A stretch of DNA of 64,000 bases, from the NCBI GenBank assembly GCA_002296185.1, contig DBHM01000006.1, positions 1,091 to 65,090 on the forward strand. Reading direction: 5' to 3'. Under the pieces are notes generated by a model. That model was not told the DNA's origin and did no database searches. It saw only the letters and a program-made list of their open reading frames with translations. A program made the translations under genes and the position numbers. Origin of the DNA: Alphaproteobacteria bacterium UBA828. GTDB taxonomy: Bacteria > Pseudomonadota > Alphaproteobacteria > UBA828. Positions 37,935-46,204 of the stretch are shown here, piece by piece (position 1 is the stretch's first letter; each line of letters begins with the position of its first letter).

Positions 37935-38375
37935 TTAGGTGGCTGCCCACCCATCGTCACGACGCTTCCAACCTTCATGATAGTGTTCTGGGTATCCGTC
38001 ATTCTCAGAAAATTCATCGAGACGCATCAAGAAAATATCATGTTGTGGATCTTGTTCATTGTCATAAATTTTATCATTAACAAACTCTGGAGGAACACCG
38101 CGGATACCAGATGCTCGGCCAATTCTCCACTCCTTTTCAACCTTAGTACAAATCACTAGCAGTTTCCCCTTAGCAGGCTGGGCGCGCATACGTAAAAGGA
38201 CACGATTAAGAAGATGATCCTCGTGGATTCCTCCAGAAACATCGGTTGTATCCCCAGGCGTAGCGCAGCGTAAAATTGTACACCCAGGCACACCATGCAT
38301 GGATTCAATACATGCTTTGTGCTCGGCTATCAGGCGACCTCTTTCGTTACTCCCCTCTGGCGGTATGCGTATCAT
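37935..38375 (-). CDS. N,N-dimethylformamidase small (alpha) subunit-like protein
   Basis: 146 aa, in the position (immediately upstream of the large subunit) and size class expected for DmfA1. There is loose similarity to the remembered DmfA1 (RMRAQPAKGK...EKEWRIGRA; HDIFLMRLDEF). Its RBS context (AGGGAGTTAAA) is the same as that of the large-subunit gene. Confidence 0.5.
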   Translation of the reverse strand: MIRIPPEGSNERGRLIAEHKACIESMHGVPGCTILRCATPGDTTDVSGGIHEDHLLNRVLLRMRAQPAKGKLLVICTKVEKEWRIGRASGIRGVPPEFVNDKIYDNEQDPQHDIFLMRLDEFSENDGYPEHYHEGWKRRDDGWAAT

Positions 38376-38453
38376 ATTTTTAACTCCCTATCCATAAGCT
38401 CTAAAAACTTTTAATAAAATACTTAATTACTAATATTTCAATTTTGAAACTAT

Positions 38454-39152
38454 TTATAAAGTTAGATACTTGTCGACTATTTCATCAGTGAGCTCCCCAA
38501 TAACCCCCCTCTCAGCTATCCTTCCATTATCCATTATAACAAAAGCATGAGATAGCTCTCTAGCTACCCTTATATGCTGTTCAGTTAGGACTAAGGTAAG
38601 TCCAACTTCTTTATTTAGGCGAAGAATAGTTGCCTCAATCTCTTGAACAATATTCGGCTGAATACCCTCTGTAGGCTCATCTAATAAAAGTATCTTAGGA
38701 TCAGTTGCCAATGCTCTCGCTATAGCTAACTGTTGCTGTTGTCCTCCAGAGAGTGTTCCAGCCCTTTTATCTAAGTTCTCAGCAAGGTAAGGAAAAAGTT
38801 CAAGGCACATGTCTGGAATTGATCTTTGATTATCAGCTCTAGCGAAAGTACCTAAGAGTATATTTTCCTTAACAGTAAACTTCGGAAGAATACCGCGGCC
38901 CTGGGGTATATAACCAACACCAGCTGCTGAACGCTCATGAGTTTGGCTATTTGTAACCTCTTCCCCGGCAATATGCATTTCTCCTGTCATCCGTGTGGTG
39001 AGACCCATTATTGTTCTGACAAGAGTTGTTTTTCCAACACCATTCCTACCCAGAACTGCCAGACAGTGACCATCCTCAACACCTACGTCAATATTCTGTA
39101 GTATTGGTGTTTTACCATAAAACGAGGTGACATCCTTTAGTTCAAGCAGCAT
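38454..39152 (-). CDS. ABC transporter ATP-binding protein, UrtE/LivF-like
   Basis: 232 aa with Walker A GRNGVGKTT, signature LSGGQQQQ and Walker B LLLDEP. Confidence 0.85.
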   Translation of the reverse strand: MLLELKDVTSFYGKTPILQNIDVGVEDGHCLAVLGRNGVGKTTLVRTIMGLTTRMTGEMHIAGEEVTNSQTHERSAAGVGYIPQGRGILPKFTVKENILLGTFARADNQRSIPDMCLELFPYLAENLDKRAGTLSGGQQQQLAIARALATDPKILLLDEPTEGIQPNIVQEIEATILRLNKEVGLTLVLTEQHIRVARELSHAFVIMDNGRIAERGVIGELTDEIVDKYLTL

Positions 39153-39897
39153 CTGTTATCCCCTCACTACCCAGATAAACCTCTCGAACTTTTGGGTCAT
39201 TCTCAACCTGATCCATTGGACCCTCGGCAAGTGTTTTGCCCAAGTGCATCAATGTAATAATATCTGCAATTTCTCTAACAAAGGCCATGTCATGTTCAAC
39301 AACAATTAGAGTGTGCTCGCCCTTAAGACGATTGAAAATATCAGAAGTTTTCTGTGTCTCTTGCTCTGTCATACCAGCTGTTGGCTCGTCCATTAGCAAG
39401 AGTTTTGGGTTCTGTGTTAACACCATACCAATCTCAAGCCATTGAGTTTCTCCATGGCTAAGGTTACCAGACAACTCGTCAAGCCTTTCTTGCAGCCCAA
39501 CTAATTCGACAACTTGCTGAAGGCGCTCTCGGCCAGAACCCCTTCCAAACTCAATCATATTCATGAATGGATTAGTTGTACGAGTCAAAGCAACCCTTAG
39601 ATTTTCCTGAACTGTTAGATCCTTAAAAACTGCAGGAATCTGGAATTTTCTGCCAATACCCTGTTGACAGATTCTATGCTCACTCATACCTGATATCTTA
39701 CGTCCCTGGAAAACCACCTTACCACTTGTCATCTTTTGACGACCGGTAATTAAATCCATGGTCGTTGTTTTACCAGCACCATTTGGCCCAAGTAAGCACC
39801 TTAGCTCGCCCTCATTTACTGTCAAATTAAAGTTATCAACAACCGTATAGGCGTCATAAGCCTTAGTTACTCCATGTAATTCAAGGATGGCACTCAA
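39142..39897 (-). CDS. ABC transporter ATP-binding protein, UrtD-like
   Basis: 251 aa with Walker A GPNGAGKTT. The signature LSHGETQWLEIGMVL resembles the UrtD-type LSHGQKQWLEIGM rather than LivG. Confidence 0.85.
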   Translation of the reverse strand: MSAILELHGVTKAYDAYTVVDNFNLTVNEGELRCLLGPNGAGKTTTMDLITGRQKMTSGKVVFQGRKISGMSEHRICQQGIGRKFQIPAVFKDLTVQENLRVALTRTTNPFMNMIEFGRGSGRERLQQVVELVGLQERLDELSGNLSHGETQWLEIGMVLTQNPKLLLMDEPTAGMTEQETQKTSDIFNRLKGEHTLIVVEHDMAFVREIADIITLMHLGKTLAEGPMDQVENDPKVREVYLGSEGITDAA

Positions 39898-39921
39898 TTT
39901 TCTTGCTCTCCTTTCACAGTA

Positions 39922-41022
39922 TTACTTTTGTTGACCAGAGATGAGGCTTCTACTTGGAGGTAGGGGATTCGGCACAAAACTTATTGCGTACTCAAATAAC
40001 CCTGCAAAACCCTTGGGGAGAAACCGAACCACTACGATAAAAACAGTACCTAAAATAATGAACCACGTAGCCTGGAACTCATCTCCAACATAACTCTGAG
40101 CGGCATTAATAAATATTGCTCCGAATATAGCTCCAAATAACGACATACGCCCACCTACGGCTGCCCATATAACTATCGTTATACTAAAGAAAATCTCCAA
40201 GGCTGTAGGTGATACATATTGAACAATTATAACCCAAACCATTCCCCCAAGAGCAGCGATCAAACCACCCAATGCAAAAACTACGACCTGGTAAAAAGCA
40301 ACGTTATAACCTAAGAATCTCGCCCTTTCAGAGTCATCTCGTATTGCCTGGATTATTGTCCCAAATTTACTTTGAAGTAATAACTTGGTTAAAAGAGTAA
40401 GTGCTGCTAGGACACCTAAAGAGACCCAGTAAATCATACTACTATATGGGTCAACTTCGACGCCGAAGGCCTGAAATGCATTCGGTGGAGATATACCATT
40501 AAAGCCAGCTGTAAATGGCTGCATGTCATATGCCATATTGTACCAAGCACCAAGCATAGCGAGGGTCATAATTGCAACAAAGGCCCCAGCTAGCCTTGCC
40601 TGAAACATTAGCAAACCAAACAAAACGAAAAAAACAACCGGTATACCCATTGCAAGTATGAGACCTACTGAGGTATGCCAAAAGGGCTCCCAAACAGTTG
40701 GTAAAGCAGTTAGCTCATTAGTTAACATAAAACTTGGTATAGGATCATTTACAGGATCCTGATATTGCATTTGCATAGTAGCTGCCATCCCGTAGGCGGC
40801 CATGCCAAAAGCGATACCCTGACCCAAACTAAGTATGCCCCCGAAACCCCAAACAAGACTGACAGACAACGCTAAAATACCAAATACTCCATATCGAGCA
40901 TACTGATTAAGCGTAAATGGGTCATCACCCATCCAAACTGGTATTAGAGCTAGCACCCCAAAAGCTACTAGATACACTGCCCATTGAGCACGCTTATCAT
41001 GATAAAGGTTACGTTTTTCCAC
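39922..41022 (-). CDS. HAAT-family ABC permease, UrtC-like
   Basis: 366 aa, polytopic and hydrophobic, in the operon position of UrtC. Confidence 0.8.
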   Translation of the reverse strand: MEKRNLYHDKRAQWAVYLVAFGVLALIPVWMGDDPFTLNQYARYGVFGILALSVSLVWGFGGILSLGQGIAFGMAAYGMAATMQMQYQDPVNDPIPSFMLTNELTALPTVWEPFWHTSVGLILAMGIPVVFFVLFGLLMFQARLAGAFVAIMTLAMLGAWYNMAYDMQPFTAGFNGISPPNAFQAFGVEVDPYSSMIYWVSLGVLAALTLLTKLLLQSKFGTIIQAIRDDSERARFLGYNVAFYQVVVFALGGLIAALGGMVWVIIVQYVSPTALEIFFSITIVIWAAVGGRMSLFGAIFGAIFINAAQSYVGDEFQATWFIILGTVFIVVVRFLPKGFAGLFEYAISFVPNPLPPSRSLISGQQK

Positions 41023-41048
41023 TGCTATATACCCCTACCCAAACAGCT

Positions 41049-41951
41049 CTATCGCCTAGCCATGCTAGGAGTAAATATTCCTTGAGGACGGAACCTAAGG
41101 AATATCACAATTAAAACAAACAGCACGAAACGGGCAAAAGTGTCATTAGTAAAGTATGAGAATATCGAGAACATTTCACCCATGATACCAGCGGTTGCTA
41201 GACTACCAAATAACTCCCCACCGCCTGTAACAACTACAAGAAATGCCTCCACCACGTATCCGAGTCCCATATCAGGAAAAATTGTTTTTAAACCGGAGAA
41301 CATAGCCCCAGAGATACCTGCAAGACCAGCACCATAAGCAAAGGTTAGACCATACACTTTACTAGAATTTATACCAAAAGATGCAGCCATTTCCCTATTC
41401 TGCATCACCGCTCTAACTTGAACCCCAAAATTAGATTTATACAGGAGGAGCCATGTAAGACCAACAAGCCCTAGGGCAAGACCAAAAATGAATATTCTTA
41501 TTGATGGTATGTACACAAAACCTATTTCTATTACAGATTTCAACCATTCTGGAGTATCAATGTACTGAGGTTCCCCCCCAAATATAAGTCTTATACTTTG
41601 TATGAAAACAAGAGAGACCCCCCAGGTCGCAAGAAGGGTATCAAGAGGTCTCTCGTACAAATGTCGAATCAAACCACGTTCGACAAGCCAACCTATAAAA
41701 CCCACCACGACAAACGATATCGGCAGACATAACAGCCAAGGGAAACCTAAAAAATACTGCAATATCCATGTAATATAGGCGCCCAGCATAATAAACTCGC
41801 CATGTGCCATATTTATGACACCCATAGTTCCATAAATTATGGTCAAGCCGAGCGCTGCCACCAGCCATATACTGGCAAGACTGAGGCCTATTATTAACGC
41901 ATTAATAAATGGCTCTAATGCAAAAGGAGTCCAAAAGTCATGGACGCTCAT
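41049..41951 (-). CDS. HAAT-family ABC permease, UrtB-like
   Basis: 300 aa, polytopic. The YGTMGVINMAHGEF motif is typical of LivH/UrtB permeases. Confidence 0.8.
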   Translation of the reverse strand: MSVHDFWTPFALEPFINALIIGLSLASIWLVAALGLTIIYGTMGVINMAHGEFIMLGAYITWILQYFLGFPWLLCLPISFVVVGFIGWLVERGLIRHLYERPLDTLLATWGVSLVFIQSIRLIFGGEPQYIDTPEWLKSVIEIGFVYIPSIRIFIFGLALGLVGLTWLLLYKSNFGVQVRAVMQNREMAASFGINSSKVYGLTFAYGAGLAGISGAMFSGLKTIFPDMGLGYVVEAFLVVVTGGGELFGSLATAGIMGEMFSIFSYFTNDTFARFVLFVLIVIFLRFRPQGIFTPSMARR

Positions 41952-42066
41952 ACCTGATAACCCTACTGCCTAATATAAAAAAACTTTTAAATAACATACT
42001 AATAAATCTCAAAAAAGCGACGGGACAGAAGTATTTAAACTTCTGCCCCGAAACCCCATTAGTGAC

Positions 42067-43410
42067 TTATAAAACGTCCTTCTGGATTGTCCCATCTGGC
42101 TTATGTAGTCCATCAGCCTTACAGACACCACGATCAGGATAGATTGCAAAAGGATCTGGGCCAACATGCTCAGGAGCCTCCTTAACAATAGTGAACTGAC
42201 CGTTAGACCCACACTGTCCAATTTTTGGCTTAAGCCAAATATTAAAGTTATCTGGGTCAATCCAAACCTTACCTTCTGGAGACTCTTCATCCGTAAGACC
42301 AACAGGACCTTGGCCATTCCAGTTTCCTGAAACGTCACGAATCATCCTTGGAGTAATGGCTTCCCAATCACCACCTGCCTCTTCAAGAGCACGTTCAACG
42401 CCCTTTTTCCAGATGAGAATTCCAAGATAAGTCTCTTCCATGTTGTAGTGAGTAACTCCACCGCCACCATACTTACTAGATAGATAAGCGTCCACAAACC
42501 ATTCATTTGTTGGATTTTTAAGGTCCTGGAAGTAAGGAGCAGATAAGAAGTGACCAGCTCCAGCCTCATGACCCATGGCGGCTGTCTCAATCTCACCAGT
42601 AGTCAAAGCGGCGATCGGCATCTTATCAGATTTGAAACCCTCTTGAAGGAACTGCCTATGAAGGGCAATGTCTGAATCTCCAACTACAGTTGACATAATC
42701 CAGTCGGGTTTTTGCTGACGAATTTTGTTGAAGACAGGTGAGAACTCAGAACCACCAAGTGGCACATAATCTTCACCAACTACTTCACCACCAGCTCTCT
42801 CTAACCATACTTTAACGTTCTTGTTAGACTCTTTTGGCCAAATATAGTTTGAGCCAACAAGATAAACCTTCGGTCCAAATTCTTTAACCATATAAGGCAC
42901 AAGATCGTAAGAGTGCTGATTAGCCAATGGACCAGTATTAATAATATTCTGCATACATTCGCGACCCTCATAACAAGTCGGATAGTAATACAGGTGATTC
43001 CACTTCATGATAATTGGCATCACAGCTCGACGACTGGCAGAAGTGTAACTCCCATGAACGGTAGCGACCCGATCACGAAGAATAAGCTGGGTCATTTTCT
43101 CAGAATAAACTTTAATATCGGATTTTGCATCGACCACTACTGGCTCGATTTGTTTACCAGCAATACCACCTTCTGCATTCAACTTATCTATTGCAAAAAG
43201 TGATACTTGAGTGGAGTCGTTTTCTACAACTGACAAGTTTCCTGTTAGTGACCAGAGAAGTCCGACTTTAACGTTGCCGTCCTTCGTTATCCAGGGCTTC
43301 GCACCCCAGGCCTGGCCGTGATCCTTAATATACATCTGCGGAAATGCAGCAGCGACGCCAGCAGCACCAACTGCTGCGCCCTTTACAAAGTTTCGACGGC
43401 TAACTCGCAT
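42067..43410 (-). CDS. Tat-exported periplasmic binding protein of the urea / short-chain-amide (UrtA/FmdD/AmiC) type
   Basis: 447 aa with a twin-arginine signal (MRVSRRNFVKGAAVGAAGVAAA). Blocks match the UrtA pattern I recall: GLLWSLTGNLSVVE, NAEGGIAGKQIEPVVVD, SYTSASRRAVMPI and YYYPTCYEG. Confidence 0.8.
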   Translation of the reverse strand: MRVSRRNFVKGAAVGAAGVAAAFPQMYIKDHGQAWGAKPWITKDGNVKVGLLWSLTGNLSVVENDSTQVSLFAIDKLNAEGGIAGKQIEPVVVDAKSDIKVYSEKMTQLILRDRVATVHGSYTSASRRAVMPIIMKWNHLYYYPTCYEGRECMQNIINTGPLANQHSYDLVPYMVKEFGPKVYLVGSNYIWPKESNKNVKVWLERAGGEVVGEDYVPLGGSEFSPVFNKIRQQKPDWIMSTVVGDSDIALHRQFLQEGFKSDKMPIAALTTGEIETAAMGHEAGAGHFLSAPYFQDLKNPTNEWFVDAYLSSKYGGGGVTHYNMEETYLGILIWKKGVERALEEAGGDWEAITPRMIRDVSGNWNGQGPVGLTDEESPEGKVWIDPDNFNIWLKPKIGQCGSNGQFTIVKEAPEHVGPDPFAIYPDRGVCKADGLHKPDGTIQKDVL

Positions 43411-43498
43411 ATTTTATAGCCTCCCTAGTGCTATTTTTATGGCGCATTTAACTCACGCCCATCCTATAAATCACCACGACCTATAGAATATTGTTGGA

Positions 43499-43516
43499 TA
43501 TACCCATTAGGGTATA
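43499..43516. promoter_or_regulatory. palindromic operator candidate upstream of the transporter operon
   Basis: TATACCC-ATTA-GGGTATA has 7-bp inverted arms and a 4-nt spacer. It is centred about 97 nt upstream of the binding-protein start codon. Confidence 0.35.
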
Positions 43517-43530
43517 GCATTTAGTAAAAA

Positions 43531-43585
43531 ATATTCATGTGGTAACAATTTTATTCATTTGCTTAATATTTTATTCATGTGCTTA
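43531..43585. promoter_or_regulatory. three phased direct repeats (20-nt period) upstream of the transporter operon
   Basis: ATATTCATGTGGTAA (43531), TTATTCATTTGCTTA (43551) and TTATTCATGTGCTTA (43571) start exactly 20 nt apart. The last two units, extended to 18 nt, differ at one base. Confidence 0.4.
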
Positions 43586-43685
43586 TCATATAGGCAAGCC
43601 CCTCAAGCACTTTTTTTCTCCCCCATAATTTTTTACCCTATCTCAGACCATCATATGATAGTAAGTCCATGCATGAAAGAGAAAA

Positions 43686-44969
43686 TTAATCCACAGGGTA
43701 AACATCGAAAGCTATCCCAATTCTCTCTCCACTTACCGAGAAAGGGATAGTCCCATGGAAAAAATATGAAGGAAAACAACGCGCTATGCCTACTATCGGG
43801 GGTAAAGAAATAGTTTTTGGGCTAAAATCAGCAGGTAATATATAGTCAGGACGCCCAAATTCTAACCAACCATCCTGATCACTTTCAGGATTTAAGGCAG
43901 AAACTTGTTCATTTACAGCCTCATAATTAATTAATGGAGAATTGACATAATAAACACCGCTTAACCATGCAGCCTCATGAAGGTGAGGGGGATGCCAGCC
44001 ACCCGCCTTTAATATGGATGCAATAAATTTAAGCTTATAATTGCTAGGTATGCGGTTTAAAAAAGGATGGTCAATTTCAGGTTCCAATGATTTTATCCAT
44101 TGATCAATCGACACCCTTAAAGCCTTCTCAAACTCTTGAATAGCTCGGTCTGGCTTTAACAACATATTATCAGTAACAGCTCCATTTTGAGTAACTCTGT
44201 TCAGAGGCTCCCAATTTAATGTTGGACAAACTTTCACTGCCTCAGAGAGTGCGTAGTTAAAATCATCATCTGACTCGTAACCTACAGGACACTCCACTCG
44301 AGGGGAATAAACAAGGCGACTAAAGTCTTGAAGCACATCAGCCTCCCCCTGCCTATCTAATAGTTGTAGTGCCATTACTTTTGCTGCCAGAGCGTTTTGA
44401 CACCACTGATTAATAGCTAAACATCTTTCAGCTTCAACGAGCGCATCACAAGCTTTTCCAAGACCAAGTAAAGTTGTTGCAAGTCGATAACTAGGCTCTA
44501 AAGCTTGATCATCAATTTCTATAGCTCGCCTGAAAGAAATTTCTGCATCCTCTAGATCACCATTACCAATTAAGGCCTCTCCCAAATTTGTATGCGCATT
44601 GGCATAACTGGGCTGAAGACTTATTGACTTATTATAACAATTTATAGCTAGGTTATAATTTCTCTCTTCGAGATAAATATTTCCAAGACTATTTTGAGCC
44701 TCAGCATACTCAGGGGCTATTTCTATAGCTTTGATGAGTTCTTCTTTAGCAGCGACATAATCACCTGACTGATAGTTTGCTACGCCCAAAAAATGTATAG
44801 ACGTTGCATCATCAGGAGCTTGCTTAACAGCCCTTGTCAAAAGTTGTTTTGCCCGATCTGGCCTTCCAGCACTTAAATGCTTAACAGCTGTCTTAATTAA
44901 TTCCTGGTGTTTTTGGTCATGGCGCATGACTTTGCTTTTACGTCTGCGCTCCATTCTATTCATACGCAA
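43686..44969 (-). CDS. TPR-repeat protein with C-terminal 2OG-Fe(II)-oxygenase-like domain (TIGR02466-like)
   Basis: 427 aa. The N-terminal half has several TPR units (AEAQNSLGNIYLEERNYNLAINCYNKSISLQP...). The C-terminal half has GWHPPHLHEAAWLSGVYYV and FFHGTIPF motifs, as I recall for that family. Confidence 0.65.
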   Translation of the reverse strand: MRMNRMERRRKSKVMRHDQKHQELIKTAVKHLSAGRPDRAKQLLTRAVKQAPDDATSIHFLGVANYQSGDYVAAKEELIKAIEIAPEYAEAQNSLGNIYLEERNYNLAINCYNKSISLQPSYANAHTNLGEALIGNGDLEDAEISFRRAIEIDDQALEPSYRLATTLLGLGKACDALVEAERCLAINQWCQNALAAKVMALQLLDRQGEADVLQDFSRLVYSPRVECPVGYESDDDFNYALSEAVKVCPTLNWEPLNRVTQNGAVTDNMLLKPDRAIQEFEKALRVSIDQWIKSLEPEIDHPFLNRIPSNYKLKFIASILKAGGWHPPHLHEAAWLSGVYYVNSPLINYEAVNEQVSALNPESDQDGWLEFGRPDYILPADFSPKTISLPPIVGIARCFPSYFFHGTIPFSVSGERIGIAFDVYPVD

Positions 44970-45047
44970 TTCCCTTTTGTGAAACTAATACCCATCAGTC
45001 GAGTCAAAAGGCGTTGCATAAATGATACCGTTATCTGAAACTTATAA

Positions 45048-45230
45048 CTATCTCGCCGTTAGGCCCACATTAACCCAAGGGTTACTTATAGCTGAACCCA
45101 AAATGATCATTAGCGCTAAAAATGCCCAGAAAATATTATCAGCTATCAACTGAGCTACTTTCCTTCCAGTCGGAGACATCCGGAGCGCTGCAGGTACTTC
45201 CAATTTAACTTTCTGAATTTTTTCCGACAT
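45048..45230 (-). CDS. small single-pass membrane protein (60 aa)
   Basis: A strong Shine-Dalgarno (AAAGGTGGGGG) lies just upstream of the ATG. It has one hydrophobic helix (IFWAFLALMIILGSAI). Confidence 0.45.
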   Translation of the reverse strand: MSEKIQKVKLEVPAALRMSPTGRKVAQLIADNIFWAFLALMIILGSAISNPWVNVGLTAR

Positions 45231-45387
45231 TGGCCCCCACCTTTATCTCCTAGATATTTATTATAAACCTTGATTAGGGTATACTATAGATTAGTTGAAC
45301 TCGTAAGCCTATTTATCCAGTTATAATACAAAAACGCAACTAATAGCTTTATTGAAAAAAATAAATTGAAAGCAATCTGCAAAGATT

Positions 45388-46107
45388 TTAGGCAAAAAGC
45401 CAATTAAAAGTAGCTGATGAAGCCTCACTTAGAACCCAAAATCCAATACCAACAGATATAATTCCAAGCGTAAAAATCATATAATTGTAACCCCAAGAAA
45501 GTCGTTTCATTAGACTCCTAAGCGGTACAGCAATTACAACAGTCAGTAATGCCATGCCTGTCATGGCACCCAACCCAAAAAGACCAATGTAAACCAGACC
45601 AGTCCAAATACTTTCAAAATTATCTATAGCAAAAATTAGAAGAGCAGCTGACCCGGCCATCCCATGCATTAACCCAACTAAAAAAGCTCTGAGAGTAGGT
45701 CGACGTAAATGCTGATGATTATGGTCTATATTTTTATGCGGAGTTTGAATACCGTGAGAATGTGCATGAAAATGAACAGTTCCATCTGAATGTCGATGGG
45801 AATGAAAATGAATACGTGCTTTTTTCAATCTTAATATTACGTCTATTCCTAGCCAAACCAGCATTAACCCCACTAAAAATTGGAGTAAATATGATATATT
45901 AGTGGGTAGAAAAGTATCGAAGGACATAACAATTATTCCAACGGCACAAAGAGTAAGAGCGTGACCACCACCCCAGGCAAAGCCCATCTTTAAAGCTTCT
46001 TTAGGCTTTTGATTGCCTGATGCAAGCGTTGCAACAGCTGCCAGATGATCAGCATCTAAAGCATGACGTAAACCAAGAAGAAAACCAAAAAATAATGCAC
46101 TACCCAT
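45388..46107 (-). CDS. NicO/RcnA-type nickel/cobalt transporter
   Basis: 239 aa with the signature GLRHALDADHLAAV (the HxxxxDH box of nickel/cobalt transporters). It also has a His-rich loop, HFHSHRHSDGTVHFHAHSHGIQTPHKNIDHNHQH. Confidence 0.75.
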   Translation of the reverse strand: MGSALFFGFLLGLRHALDADHLAAVATLASGNQKPKEALKMGFAWGGGHALTLCAVGIIVMSFDTFLPTNISYLLQFLVGLMLVWLGIDVILRLKKARIHFHSHRHSDGTVHFHAHSHGIQTPHKNIDHNHQHLRRPTLRAFLVGLMHGMAGSAALLIFAIDNFESIWTGLVYIGLFGLGAMTGMALLTVVIAVPLRSLMKRLSWGYNYMIFTLGIISVGIGFWVLSEASSATFNWLFA

Positions 46108-46204
46108 TAAAAAAACCTATTAATAGAAATGTTTAATTTAAGCTAAAATATATGCAACACCTACTAATGGTAAATATACTAGTTCAATAATTAATTCTAT
46201 ATAC

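Noticed and set aside
43559-43750. 63-aa plus-strand ORF in the transporter promoter region.
   Set aside because: It overlaps the 3' end of the TPR/2OG gene and the repeat-containing promoter region. It has no RBS and an implausible composition.
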